This document shows, one piece after another, positions 10,905-21,466 of a stretch of 51,215 nucleotides of DNA. The stretch lies in the IMG/VR virus record IMGVR_UViG_3300035128_000044, positions 1 through 51,215 of that record. One strand, given 5' to 3'. Origin of the DNA: a virus (lineage: Duplodnaviria > Caudoviricetes). Position numbers and translations under genes: made by a program. Below the pieces are notes generated by a model. The model was not told the origin of the DNA. It saw only the letters and a list, made by a program, of their open reading frames with translations, and searched no databases. Every line of letters begins with the position of its first letter. The stretch's first letter is position 1.

Positions 10905-11125
10905 CACGACCCAAAGCCAACCCAAACAAAGCGGAAAAGAATCCAACTGTACCGGAACCTAATAAGGAACTTCCTCAAGTACCTGTTATACAAGTAAATG
11001 AGGCTGGTAGGAGACTAATAAATAAGCTGTGTGACATAGCTCTCAAGGTTGAAGGGGTTAAAAATTTGCAGGGCGTTAATTTAACCCTATCGTGTACGAA
11101 ACTAATTCCTTCGGAGAAACCATAA
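10901..11125 (+). CDS. Hypothetical protein
   Basis: ATGA overlap with the upstream gene. Confidence 0.6.
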   Translation: MTRPKANPNKAEKNPTVPEPNKELPQVPVIQVNEAGRRLINKLCDIALKVEGVKNLQGVNLTLSCTKLIPSEKP

Positions 11126-11505
11126 TGTTAGGAATGACAAGCATTTATAAACGTTCTGAGCACACATTTATAGGTGGGGAACTTGGAGAGTATATTAAAA
11201 ATCTTGCGGAGGAATCGAAAAGACCCTTATTTTTACTTCGTTATAATAAATTGGGTGTCTTTTGTATTTGTGAATGGATGTCCCCCAACAAAGATGTTTT
11301 TGTTGATGTTATGAATTTAGATAAGTCCCTTGGGAACTTTACAAGAGCTATGGCTGAGGAATTAAGGCATAGGCTATTTGCTCCTGTGTCATGTGCTGAA
11401 ACAAGTAAAGCCATAGCCTCCGCAGAGAGTGATTACTACCATATGAGGCAGGATGAAAATTCAGAAGAATGGGACCGTCAAGCAAGAGTTTTAAGTGGAG
11501 AATAA
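11125..11505 (+). CDS. Hypothetical protein
   Basis: TAATG coupling, GGAG RBS. Confidence 0.65.
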   Translation: MLGMTSIYKRSEHTFIGGELGEYIKNLAEESKRPLFLLRYNKLGVFCICEWMSPNKDVFVDVMNLDKSLGNFTRAMAEELRHRLFAPVSCAETSKAIASAESDYYHMRQDENSEEWDRQARVLSGE

Positions 11506-11507
11506 TC

Positions 11508-12278
11508 ATGTTGCAATGTAAATCATGGCGAGTTGCCGGGATTATGATATTCATATTAGGTATATCAATAATCTGGATGTCTATTGGGTGTGGGAATAAA
11601 GGTTTAGAAGAGAGTATTCCATCTGTTATTAACAATGTTGTACACATAAAAAATGTGACAGGCCATTGTCAAGGCAGTGGAGTTCTAATAGCTCCAGACT
11701 TGATTCTAACAGCGAGACATGTTGTGGAGGACAGTGATGAATTTATCATTACAACTAATGACGGTAAAAAATATAATTCCAATAGTGCTATATCCAGTAA
11801 AAAATATGACTTAGGTTTCATAAAATTAAATATTATGGTAACTTGTACAACAAGAGTTGGTGACATTAATGATTGCAGATTGGGGCAAACAGTTTTTGCT
11901 ATAGGCAGCCCTTATGGGGAAGAAAATTTCAATAGCGTTACTGCTGGCATTGTTTCTTCTTTAGCGAGAAACTTAGAAGAATTTGGTTTATCTGAAAGTT
12001 ATGGTTGGAGTTGTACGTTTCAGACTGATACTGCGGGTCATCCTGGTAATTCTGGTTGTCCTGTATATTCTTTAGACGGAAAAGTGCGTGGTATTTTAGT
12101 TGGAGGACAATCTAATGCCATAATTTATTGTGTCCCAGCTTGCTTAATTGCTAACGATTGTCAAGTTATTCAATTAATGTTTCTTATGGATGAGTATAAA
12201 AAAGAGACAGAGATTATTGATGAAGTTTATTACTATCAATATAGCGGTTATGGGAAAAATAATGCAAAGGTTAAATAG
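11508..12278 (+). CDS. Trypsin-like (HtrA/S1) serine protease with signal/lipoprotein N-terminus
   Basis: Triad motifs LTARHVV, YDLGFIK, TDTAGHPGNSGCPV; AIGSPYG and SVTAGIVS HtrA-like segments; hydrophobic N-terminus ending in SIGC; no PDZ domain. Confidence 0.88.
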   Translation: MLQCKSWRVAGIMIFILGISIIWMSIGCGNKGLEESIPSVINNVVHIKNVTGHCQGSGVLIAPDLILTARHVVEDSDEFIITTNDGKKYNSNSAISSKKYDLGFIKLNIMVTCTTRVGDINDCRLGQTVFAIGSPYGEENFNSVTAGIVSSLARNLEEFGLSESYGWSCTFQTDTAGHPGNSGCPVYSLDGKVRGILVGGQSNAIIYCVPACLIANDCQVIQLMFLMDEYKKETEIIDEVYYYQYSGYGKNNAKVK

Positions 12279-12280
12279 TT

Positions 12281-12430
12281 ATGCCTTTAGGTCGTGACAT
12301 AGGAAAAAGTATAGCAGAATTAATTGCTGATAATAGGAAGAAAGGTAAGGCTCGTGGGGCTAACGGTAAGCCAAGAAAGAAAAGTCAGATTTTAGCTATT
12401 GCAATAAACGCTGCAAGAAAGAAGAAGTAA
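12281..12430 (+). CDS. Small basic phage protein (DUF6496-like)
   Basis: Not in the ORF track; MPLGRDIGKSIAELIADNRKKGKARGANGKPRKKSQILAIAINAARKKK. Confidence 0.65.
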   Translation: MPLGRDIGKSIAELIADNRKKGKARGANGKPRKKSQILAIAINAARKKK

Positions 12431-12432
12431 TA

Positions 12433-12615
12433 ATGGCTCTTTCAATAAATGACAAAAAATGGATTAACACTAAATTTAAGGAGTTATCCGAGTTAGTGAC
12501 TAAGAACAGAATAGATATTGCTGTTCTTAAAGTTAAGGCTGGTGTGTGGGGCATTATTGGGGGTGCAATTCCTGTTCTAATAACTATAGCTATGTATTTT
12601 ATATTTAAGGGATAA
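12433..12615 (+). CDS. Single-TM holin/hemolysin-like membrane protein
   Basis: Short coiled segment, then C-terminal TM AGVWGIIGGAIPVLITIAMYFIF. Confidence 0.5.
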   Translation: MALSINDKKWINTKFKELSELVTKNRIDIAVLKVKAGVWGIIGGAIPVLITIAMYFIFKG

Positions 12616-12616
12616 A

Positions 12617-14182
12617 ATGATTACTGTGCCCTCATATTTAGGCGATTACCAGGCCAATTCGATAGTATATTTATTCTTTAATTCCTTCGGAAGTACAGAT
12701 GAATCTATTACTTTAACTGGGCTTGCCACCACAGATATTGAAGTTTATAAAAATAGTTCCATGACCCAAAGAAGTTCAGATTCGGGCTACACTTTAATCG
12801 ACACAGATGGTATTGATATAGATGGAGCTACTGGTTGTCATGGTATAGCCATAGATTTAAGTGATAACTCGGATTCTGGCTTCTATGCTGCCGGAAATGA
12901 TTATATGGTTATGGTTAATTCCGTAACAGTAAATGGGCAAACTGTTCGCTTCTGTGCGGGAGTTTTCTCAATTCAAAATAGATATAATTTAGCAGGAGTA
13001 GGAGATTACGCAGTTACACTTACTATCAGAACTACAGCCGGTTCCCCTTTATCCGGGGTCTCCGTGTGGGTTAACACCTCTAACGCAAGAAGTGGTTCAG
13101 TTGCCGGAACAAAAGTTACCGACTCTAATGGACAGGTTACATTCTACCTCGAATACACAACTTACTATGTCTTCTGTCACCTCTCAGGCTATACCTTTGC
13201 CTCCACAAACTTTACTGCTGCATCTGGGTCCGTGTCGTTTACAAAGGACATCGCAACAGCCATAAGCTCTGGTTCTTCATCTTTCTATGATGATAGCTTC
13301 TTAACAAGAGCTATTGACGATGTACGTCTTAATGTTGATGAACCAAAAGTAAGTGCCAAATACAGTGATGCTGAAATAATTAAATTATTAGAAAAATCTT
13401 ATATGTTTGTTCTTAGTGAAAAGAATAGATGTGACCAAACTCCAGCGGTAGTTAAACAAACTATAACAATAGTGGATGGTGTGACACAATATGTTTTACC
13501 ACATGTTATGGGTTCCTTCGAGGGTTTATATGCTGCTGGTCAAAGTGGAACTAAAATATTTTATGACGGCAGAGCACGTCTTAACCCATATGGACGTGGA
13601 GTTTGGTTGGAAGGACATACTCTTAATATTCAATCTACTGAGATGTTTGGCATTAGCAGGACACTTATTGCTGAATGGATTCCTAACGGTGTAGCCCGGC
13701 TTCATAATGGATTGTGCACCCTAAATTCAGATGGAGATGAGGTGACATTAGGAGCTACACCTAACGCTGGGGCTTTAGATACCCATGTTCAGGCTTACGC
13801 TGGAGGCGTAATAAGAATTTTAGGTGTGGATGGAACTAATGTCACTGGAAATATTTTACAGGAAAGAAATATTATTTCATATAACTCAACAACAAGAGTG
13901 GCTACCGTAGATGTGGCTTTTAGTCCTATTCCAGCAACGGATGACGGTTATATTTATTATGAAATAGCCCCAGCAATTCATAAGGGAATGGATATGGTTG
14001 TCTCTCTTTATGCAGCTTATCGAATAATGTCCATAGAAGGAAATAAGAAAAGAGCAGATGGAATCCTCCAAGCATTTAGAAATGAACTTAGAAATGTTCG
14101 TTTAACTGCGTATTATAGTAACATGCCAGAAGCACCGAGAGAAAGATGTGACAACTTCGATAATAGAAGATATAGGAGATAA
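12617..14182 (+). CDS. Head-tail adaptor-like protein with N-terminal Ig-like/beta-sandwich appendages
   Basis: C-terminal half FLTRAIDDVRLNVDEP...YSDAEIIKLL...VVSLYAAYRI typical of podoviral adaptors; LSGVSVWV..TDSNGQVTF Ig-like repeat. Confidence 0.55.
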   Translation: MITVPSYLGDYQANSIVYLFFNSFGSTDESITLTGLATTDIEVYKNSSMTQRSSDSGYTLIDTDGIDIDGATGCHGIAIDLSDNSDSGFYAAGNDYMVMVNSVTVNGQTVRFCAGVFSIQNRYNLAGVGDYAVTLTIRTTAGSPLSGVSVWVNTSNARSGSVAGTKVTDSNGQVTFYLEYTTYYVFCHLSGYTFASTNFTAASGSVSFTKDIATAISSGSSSFYDDSFLTRAIDDVRLNVDEPKVSAKYSDAEIIKLLEKSYMFVLSEKNRCDQTPAVVKQTITIVDGVTQYVLPHVMGSFEGLYAAGQSGTKIFYDGRARLNPYGRGVWLEGHTLNIQSTEMFGISRTLIAEWIPNGVARLHNGLCTLNSDGDEVTLGATPNAGALDTHVQAYAGGVIRILGVDGTNVTGNILQERNIISYNSTTRVATVDVAFSPIPATDDGYIYYEIAPAIHKGMDMVVSLYAAYRIMSIEGNKKRADGILQAFRNELRNVRLTAYYSNMPEAPRERCDNFDNRRYRR

Positions 14183-14185
14183 CAA

Positions 14186-17100
14186 ATGACTCTTCTGTTC
14201 TCTGAAAGTGGTATGTCCGAAAACGCAGAAGTTTCCAATCCAGCCCTCCAAGGACTTTTTATTCCTGCAATAGATAACCCAGTAGGTTCAGATGGTTTTG
14301 GTATATCTATTCCCTGGGGAGGTGGGGATTCCGCGAGAAATTATTCAGAGTATGGTCCTTCGCAAAGCAACTCTGCGGAGGCTACACAGTTAAGAGACCT
14401 TGCAGACATATCTTTTGGTGGTAATATTTCTTTTGATACAGAGGGTTTAATTGGTCCCCAAGGAGTACAAGGACCTACTGGACCCCAAGGGCCGCAAGGA
14501 ATTCCGGGAGTGGCTTTTTTCCCAACTAATTTTATTACAGATTTTTCCGAAATTCAAAAAGATATTAATTCCGTGTGGGGTTCCGATGGTTCCGCGGATA
14601 CGATGTTATATGCCAGTGAAGTTATAAAAAAATGGAATATTACATGGTTACCTTTCGATATAGACTCTGGCGTTAGTGCTTGGAATGATGTATGTATGGA
14701 TTTGGATGGTTCCTTTATTTCAATAGCTTCCAATGGAAGTATTTTTTTATCGACTGATTCTGGAAGCAATTGGAGTGAAAAAATACCAGAGGTAGATAAT
14801 TTTAGTGCTATAAGCTGTAATACCCTGGGAAGTAAAATAGTTACTATAGGAGATAACAGTAAGTCGGAAGGAAATATATGGACATCAGATGATTATGGAG
14901 AGAACTGGAGTGAAGTTGCTGTCACAGGGGACGACCAACCAACTGGTTCTGATTTATGCTCAGGCACTACAGACCCAACAACATTATCTGATAGCGTATT
15001 TGAAACAAGAAGTATAGCTATAGATACGCCTATTACTTTGACAAGTGGCACTCAGTATGCTATTGTTGTTGGGGGTGTGGGCATAAATGGAACTGTCGGG
15101 GTGTATTGGTTAGCTAATGTGGGTAGTTACCCCAACGGTTCTGTTTATCATTCCCATGATGCGGGAGTAACATGGGACCAAAATGCTACGGGTTTATTAT
15201 ATGATAGCTGGTTTCAAACGTTTGAGGGTGCTGCTTATCGAGACCAATACACTCCTACTGGGTCTAATGGTTGGCAATGTTCTAATCTTAATTGGTTTGC
15301 ACAAACTTTTGTAGCATCCTCAACTTATGAGATTAGTAAAATAAACTTAAAATTAAAACGTAATTCCTCATTATCGGCGGGGACACTCACAGTAGGAATT
15401 CGGGCTGTTGCTCCATCAGGGACAATTAATGATGCTTTTCTTGGGGCAGGGGGTTCATTTGTTACGGTTGCGACCTCTTTTGGAGTAAGTCTTTCAACTG
15501 ATTTTGGAAGTAATTGGTCTTACTCATATCCCGATGGTGGAGCAACTAATTGGGAAAGAATAATTTGTAGTACTGATGGAACTTATATTTATACTTGGGA
15601 TGACAACGATAATATTTATCGAACTGCAAATGGAGGAACTTCTTGGGCTTCTACCACTCCTGCTGGAGGAGATACCTTTAGTCCTAACGATATAGCGATA
15701 AGTTCTACCGGACAATTTGTTATAATAGTTGGAAGTAATTCCACCGATACTTCTAAAAGTGCTTACTTGTCCTCTGATTACGGGGTTACTTGGACAGTGG
15801 TAAACCCAACTTCAAACGTTGTTGTGTGGGATGAGTGTACGATTGATAACTCCGGCAACACAATGACGGTTGTAGATTCTTCCTTAGGTTATTTTTATGC
15901 TTCTTTCGATGGAGGAACGACATGGAAGAGTCAAAATATTCCTGCCACATCCTCGGATAGAAGTTCAATAGCTATAAGTGGGGATGGCTCTCTTGGTGTT
16001 GTCTGTAATACCGATGATAACAACGAAGTATTTTATAATTCCGGCTATTACTCAGAGCTAACTATAACCGATACGCCAATAACCTCCGCAGGTCGCTCCT
16101 TAATGGATGATGATACTGCGGTGGATCAAGTTGTGACACTTGGGTTTACCGAAACTGCGGAGGATATTTCAGACCATATTTTTAGCGATGGCAGCGACCA
16201 CTTATTTATCAATCAAGATGTTACAATATCCTCCTCTCCTACTTTTGTGACGACCGATTTAACGGATATAACGGATAGTAATATTCCGTTTGTTGGGGCC
16301 GGTGGTTTTGAAGATAGTCCTATTACAACAGATGGAGTTGATATAACTGTTAGTGGTAATATAATAGCTGATACTATAGACTTAAATGATATTACAGATG
16401 GAAATGTTCCGTATATGTCCGGTTCTGGATTCGCGGATAGCCCTTTAACTACTGACGGAACCGATCTTGTTTCTACCGGAAATCTTACTATTAGTCATGG
16501 GGATTTTCATAGTGATTTAAGATTAATAGCAACATCCTGTGATTTAACTATTGGTTCTGGAACAGCATCTACAGTAGATGGTTGTGACTATACTGCTAAC
16601 CGAGAAAATAAGGGTGTTGCATTAAGAATGTTCCCAAATGGAACTTCACAATTATCTACCATACAATTATCTAATGACACGGATACCTCCAACTTTAGTG
16701 GCTTAGGAATTAGAGTAGATGAAGATACTGGGTACATAGAGCCTTTAGCCGCAGGTACTCCTGCTACGCCGTTAACAGTTTTAGATATAACAGTTGCCAC
16801 AACCTTCAGTAGTGCATTAACGGCTGATGATGTTGTTACTGTAAACGCAGATTCAAATACACAGGATATTTACCCACTTGCAGAGGATATGTATTCGTTA
16901 GGTAGAGTGGATAAATCATGGAACTCTTGTATTATAATGGACACCACTAACGGGAAACCGTACAGAATAGAAGTTATATCTGGAAGCCTGACGGCAACCA
17001 GTATTCTTGAGGCGGATTTATCTGCTTATTATAAGATGAATGACAATGCCGCTTCTACGGACGTTATTGATGAGACTGGAGTTAATAATGGAACAGCACA

Positions 17101-17680
17101 GCAGAACACAGAGGATATTGATACTACTGGTCTGATAAATGGAGCATTAACATTTAATGGTTCGTCTGATTATATAGACGGCGGAAATGACTCCTCTCTT
17201 GATTGGGGTAGTGGTGATGGAACTATAATGTGCATCTTTAAGCGTAATGGAAATCCCTCTGGCGATGAAGTATTAGTAATAAAAGGTGCAGTAGGTGGTG
17301 GACAGAAAACATATATGATACGATTAAATTCATCTGGTCAAGTTAATTTTTGGATGGATGATAATGTTGAGGCTAAACAAGTTACTACAACTGGGGGTTC
17401 GTACTGCGACAACGAATGGCATGTCATATTTGCTATTCGTGATGGGAACAATATGAGATTGATTGTCGATACGGAGGTAGTTACTCCAACTGATATAACT
17501 TCATTAGGTGATATAGATGATACTGAAAATTTGACATTGGGGGCATATAATTTATCAGGCTCGCAGGGCGATAGTGGTTTCTTTGGGGGAGCAATGGACT
17601 GTATAATGATATGGGCAAGAGCTTTAGATTCAAATGAGTATGGTTGGCTTTATAATTCTGGGAGTGGAAGAGAGATATAA
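14186..17680 (+). CDS. Tail fibre/spike: collagen-like repeat, Asp-box (BNR) beta-propeller, C-terminal LamG
   Basis: GPQGVQGPTGPQGPQGIPG; repeated S.D.G..W; AYYKMNDN...DNEWHVI...FFGGAMD. Confidence 0.75.
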   Translation: MTLLFSESGMSENAEVSNPALQGLFIPAIDNPVGSDGFGISIPWGGGDSARNYSEYGPSQSNSAEATQLRDLADISFGGNISFDTEGLIGPQGVQGPTGPQGPQGIPGVAFFPTNFITDFSEIQKDINSVWGSDGSADTMLYASEVIKKWNITWLPFDIDSGVSAWNDVCMDLDGSFISIASNGSIFLSTDSGSNWSEKIPEVDNFSAISCNTLGSKIVTIGDNSKSEGNIWTSDDYGENWSEVAVTGDDQPTGSDLCSGTTDPTTLSDSVFETRSIAIDTPITLTSGTQYAIVVGGVGINGTVGVYWLANVGSYPNGSVYHSHDAGVTWDQNATGLLYDSWFQTFEGAAYRDQYTPTGSNGWQCSNLNWFAQTFVASSTYEISKINLKLKRNSSLSAGTLTVGIRAVAPSGTINDAFLGAGGSFVTVATSFGVSLSTDFGSNWSYSYPDGGATNWERIICSTDGTYIYTWDDNDNIYRTANGGTSWASTTPAGGDTFSPNDIAISSTGQFVIIVGSNSTDTSKSAYLSSDYGVTWTVVNPTSNVVVWDECTIDNSGNTMTVVDSSLGYFYASFDGGTTWKSQNIPATSSDRSSIAISGDGSLGVVCNTDDNNEVFYNSGYYSELTITDTPITSAGRSLMDDDTAVDQVVTLGFTETAEDISDHIFSDGSDHLFINQDVTISSSPTFVTTDLTDITDSNIPFVGAGGFEDSPITTDGVDITVSGNIIADTIDLNDITDGNVPYMSGSGFADSPLTTDGTDLVSTGNLTISHGDFHSDLRLIATSCDLTIGSGTASTVDGCDYTANRENKGVALRMFPNGTSQLSTIQLSNDTDTSNFSGLGIRVDEDTGYIEPLAAGTPATPLTVLDITVATTFSSALTADDVVTVNADSNTQDIYPLAEDMYSLGRVDKSWNSCIIMDTTNGKPYRIEVISGSLTATSILEADLSAYYKMNDNAASTDVIDETGVNNGTAQQNTEDIDTTGLINGALTFNGSSDYIDGGNDSSLDWGSGDGTIMCIFKRNGNPSGDEVLVIKGAVGGGQKTYMIRLNSSGQVNFWMDDNVEAKQVTTTGGSYCDNEWHVIFAIRDGNNMRLIVDTEVVTPTDITSLGDIDDTENLTLGAYNLSGSQGDSGFFGGAMDCIMIWARALDSNEYGWLYNSGSGREI

Positions 17681-17706
17681 TATAGATTTAAGAAGGAATA
17701 TAAAAA

Positions 17707-20343
17707 ATGGAAGATAGACCTTATTACCAATTTAATATTAGTTCGGCAAGAATGGATACAAGCGTCCCACCTAACCAAGTTAAACCCGGCTCTTTTGGCA
17801 GGTTAGTTGGTGTTGATGGAAGATTTAATGGGGCTTTACGAAATTATTATGGTAATAAATTACTTGTGGATTTGGATGCTGTTTCCGGTCTTGGGGACAT
17901 AGGCTCATACAATGGACCAGATTTTGTAAGACAGGTTACATTTCAGAAAAGAACAACCTCGACAGTTTATAGAGGTTTTGTTATTAGATGGGATTCTCAA
18001 AATGATACAACAAACGAGCAAATTGACCTTATATATACAACTGATAACGGAAGCAATTGGAGTACTCTTGCTATTTGGGCTGCTGGCAATGATATAACCT
18101 CTTCATTAGAAATTGATTGTACAGTTGATAGGGGCTACTTATTGGTGGCGGTAGATACAAAAACAACTAAAACTGTTTATTGGAATGGCTCTGCTTTGGT
18201 CACAGTTGACTCCGGTCCAGGGAACTTCGATAGTGAATTAGCCGCACCTACTTTTAATACCTCCGCAGTGGATACCAGTTATCAATTACAGGGAGATGGA
18301 ACCTACCAGATAGCTTGGAGATTCTATTCCTCTACGAGAGGTATTTATAGTGCTCTTAGTGCTCCTTTAACTGTTCGTTTAGACCATATTAAAACTACGA
18401 AAGCTACTGGAACTGTAAGTTTCTCCTCATCGGGTGGGGACTCTGGTTTATTAATAGATGGAGACCTTATAACTATAAACGGAAGAACTTATGAAGCAGA
18501 CGATGACTCTTCCTACGCTGGTGATGTACAAGTAGATATTTCTGGTTTAACTACAATTTTTGAATGTTGTCAGGCTCTTGCTGATGCTATTAATTCTGAC
18601 TCCTCCGCAGTGGTAACAGCCTCCGCTCAATCGGCAAGTGTTCTCCTTGAGTCTAAGGTTAGAGGAACCGCTGGCAATGCCTACACTCTTACAAAAACTG
18701 AGAATGGGGCTAACCAAGATGATATAACCGTTTCAGGCTCTACTTTGACAGGTGGGGGAGTAGTAACCTCCGAGCCAGAGACACAGGTGAAAATAACGAT
18801 TGACTTGCCTGATAATGATGAAGTTGTGTCTGGGGAGGAATTTAGTGACTTCGATGCTCTGTTTGATACTATAGACATTTTCAGAACCATAAATCTTGGA
18901 GACGCTAACGTCACTCAAGGAGCTATTTTTTATCTTGAGCAATCAATTTCTAAAACAGGTAACTGGGCCACATCTGGAACTTGGGACGCTTTAACTGTAA
19001 ATGTTGGAACTGTTGTCGATTCAGCTTTACCATTTCTAACCTTCTACGACCCTGAGAAAGATATAGTGACTGCTCCACCACAAAGCGGAACGATAGGGAG
19101 GTATGAGGGGCAAACGTACATGGCTGAGGCTGCTTCTGAAAACGGAGGTTATAATACTTTATTCAGTAGTTCAGAACACGCCTCTCCTGAATATTTTAGT
19201 ACATATAATAAGAGAATAGGAAATCCAGAAGAAGGTAGGGCTTTACGCTTTTTACCTGCGGGGGAATCCCTATTTCAACTTAATGATAATGCAATTGTTT
19301 ATATTTTCAAATCGGGGAAACTAAAACCGATTCAATTTACAGGGCTGCACAAGAAAAGAGGACTTGCAGGAAAGGAAGCCGCACACTCAAGTGGAAATTC
19401 TATATTTATGATTTCAGGTGTTGGACTGTGTATGCTTAATGGATCGGATGGCAGCATGGGGGCAATTACTGCTGCCGATAGAATTATCTTTGATGATTGG
19501 AAAAGTGATATATCAAACATAAAAAGTGGTTACGACTCCTTGATGAATGCCTCCTTCTTTTTGAATGTTTCCAGGGAAGAGATGTTAGTTATATGGCACT
19601 CTACTAAAGTTTGCACAATGATTGAGGGTGCAAATTTTGTGGAAGTCACGGACGGTACGGATATAGTATCTGGTAAAAAGAATAGATGCTTTTTTATCAC
19701 TCAGACTGGAAGAATTGTTTACCCGGATGTTTTATCTTCTGGTTCCGGCACAATGTGGGACATAAGTAGCTCTTATACATTAGATGGTACAGCCACCGCG
19801 ACAAGTTCTTCTACACTTACTGATGAAAATGCAATGTTGAACTCGGATATGGTTGGGGCTAAACTATATATGACTTCCGGTGCAAACGCAGGAGAAGGCA
19901 GAACAATAGCCACAATTGATAATACTACCAAGGTGATAACCTTTACATCTAATTTCGATAACGATATTAGCACTGGGGATACCTATTCCATAAGTCCAGT
20001 TCCATTTAGTGTTAGATTTCCTCCCCCAGTAAGCGAAAATATCACAAGATTCAATCGATGGGTTATGGCCGGGGTATCTCTAAAAGCCAGGAAGCTGTCA
20101 GGTTTTGACAATAACGTGAATAATAAATGGAGAGTGGGGGCTTATAGGAATAGTAGTTCGAGCCTTCACACAAATGTAGCATACCCAAGTGTGGATACGA
20201 ATCCGTCGGAATCTGCGGAGGATTTGAATATTGATGGTGTGGATATTGAACTTTACGTGGAGCAAATCTCTGCTGGAACAATTTTTGAATTAACTGACGC
20301 TGAGGTAAATCTGACCTTGACCGATTCTCGAAAAATGTCTTGA
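17707..20343 (+). CDS. Tail nozzle/stabilisation protein (tail tubular B-like)
   Basis: 878 aa beta-rich protein between fibre and ejection proteins. Confidence 0.55.
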   Translation: MEDRPYYQFNISSARMDTSVPPNQVKPGSFGRLVGVDGRFNGALRNYYGNKLLVDLDAVSGLGDIGSYNGPDFVRQVTFQKRTTSTVYRGFVIRWDSQNDTTNEQIDLIYTTDNGSNWSTLAIWAAGNDITSSLEIDCTVDRGYLLVAVDTKTTKTVYWNGSALVTVDSGPGNFDSELAAPTFNTSAVDTSYQLQGDGTYQIAWRFYSSTRGIYSALSAPLTVRLDHIKTTKATGTVSFSSSGGDSGLLIDGDLITINGRTYEADDDSSYAGDVQVDISGLTTIFECCQALADAINSDSSAVVTASAQSASVLLESKVRGTAGNAYTLTKTENGANQDDITVSGSTLTGGGVVTSEPETQVKITIDLPDNDEVVSGEEFSDFDALFDTIDIFRTINLGDANVTQGAIFYLEQSISKTGNWATSGTWDALTVNVGTVVDSALPFLTFYDPEKDIVTAPPQSGTIGRYEGQTYMAEAASENGGYNTLFSSSEHASPEYFSTYNKRIGNPEEGRALRFLPAGESLFQLNDNAIVYIFKSGKLKPIQFTGLHKKRGLAGKEAAHSSGNSIFMISGVGLCMLNGSDGSMGAITAADRIIFDDWKSDISNIKSGYDSLMNASFFLNVSREEMLVIWHSTKVCTMIEGANFVEVTDGTDIVSGKKNRCFFITQTGRIVYPDVLSSGSGTMWDISSSYTLDGTATATSSSTLTDENAMLNSDMVGAKLYMTSGANAGEGRTIATIDNTTKVITFTSNFDNDISTGDTYSISPVPFSVRFPPPVSENITRFNRWVMAGVSLKARKLSGFDNNVNNKWRVGAYRNSSSSLHTNVAYPSVDTNPSESAEDLNIDGVDIELYVEQISAGTIFELTDAEVNLTLTDSRKMS

Positions 20344-20367
20344 CAGATTTCTAAAATGTGGTAGAAT
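20340..20367 (+). promoter_or_regulatory. Sigma70-type promoter
   Basis: TTGACA-N16-TAGAAT with TG extension, ahead of a GAAAGG RBS. Confidence 0.65.
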
Positions 20368-20391
20368 AAGTATTGAGAAAGGTTTTATTTT

Positions 20392-21462
20392 ATGGCTACT
20401 GATTTTTCGACATACTCAAAAAAGGTAGAGCAAGCTGCTGTTGACACAAGGAATATTGGGGATACCTCAATGGACCCCATTAAGAAAGCTGCTTCTTCGT
20501 TGCAAATGTCTTCTACGCCAACGACTAAATCTACCTCTGTTCCTCCGGGCATTAGAAGGCCAGTTTCAAGAACTCCGGCAGAACAACAGCAATCTTCTAA
20601 TATTTATTCCACGGTTGCGGATGCCGCGATTAAAAATTATGAACAACAAATACTTAGCACTCAGAAACAAGCCAACCGTTCTGCAAATGCTTTGGAAATG
20701 ACTGGAAAAGCTACAGAGGAATATATATCTAATCTTGATACTATTAATGAAAATTTTCAGAATAGAGTTTCCAGTACTCAGGAGGCATTTTCTGCTGCTG
20801 CTGAAAAAGCGGATGAATATGTCCAAGCTTCCAAAGGAAGGGTTAATGAGGTTCTCGCAAAGCTTGATGAGATAAATACACAGATAGCTAAAGACCGGGA
20901 TTTTGCTAAAGCACATGATATGCAAGCCGCTGTGCAAACATCCTTAGCTTCGATGAAAGCTGAGGAGAGAAACATTCTCGAAACTTACGGAACTGATAGC
21001 AAAGAATTTATGCAGTTCCAGCAGAGTAAAAGGGCTTCACTTACAACTATACAAAGTAATATTCAAGCTAATTATGCTAACCTTGCGGAGGACCACGCTA
21101 AAACATATTTGGGTATTGTTGAGAGTGCCTATACTAAATCGAATATGTATTTAGGTTATCAGGAACAACAGCATGTGGAAATGCTTAAATATCAAGCTGA
21201 GCAAGAGGCCGCTTATAATATGCAAGTTGCCCAATTCCAAACAAGTATTGAGCAATTAAAAATGGCTGGAAAGGAAAACTTAGCTAATTGGTTGATAGAA
21301 ACTCCTTCTTTTGCTATGGATTCTACTCCATTAGTTACTTTGATAGCGGACTTGGCTCAAACCCAGGAAGCTAATAGATTAGCAGAGAAACAAATGAATA
21401 GTTCTAACCAAGGAACAAGTTCAAGAACAGTAAATTCTTACTCTGGATTTAGGAGCTTATAA
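20392..21462 (+). CDS. Putative internal virion/ejection protein
   Basis: Gln/Ala-rich helical protein after the nozzle. Confidence 0.55.
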   Translation: MATDFSTYSKKVEQAAVDTRNIGDTSMDPIKKAASSLQMSSTPTTKSTSVPPGIRRPVSRTPAEQQQSSNIYSTVADAAIKNYEQQILSTQKQANRSANALEMTGKATEEYISNLDTINENFQNRVSSTQEAFSAAAEKADEYVQASKGRVNEVLAKLDEINTQIAKDRDFAKAHDMQAAVQTSLASMKAEERNILETYGTDSKEFMQFQQSKRASLTTIQSNIQANYANLAEDHAKTYLGIVESAYTKSNMYLGYQEQQHVEMLKYQAEQEAAYNMQVAQFQTSIEQLKMAGKENLANWLIETPSFAMDSTPLVTLIADLAQTQEANRLAEKQMNSSNQGTSSRTVNSYSGFRSL

Positions 21463-21466
21463 ATAT

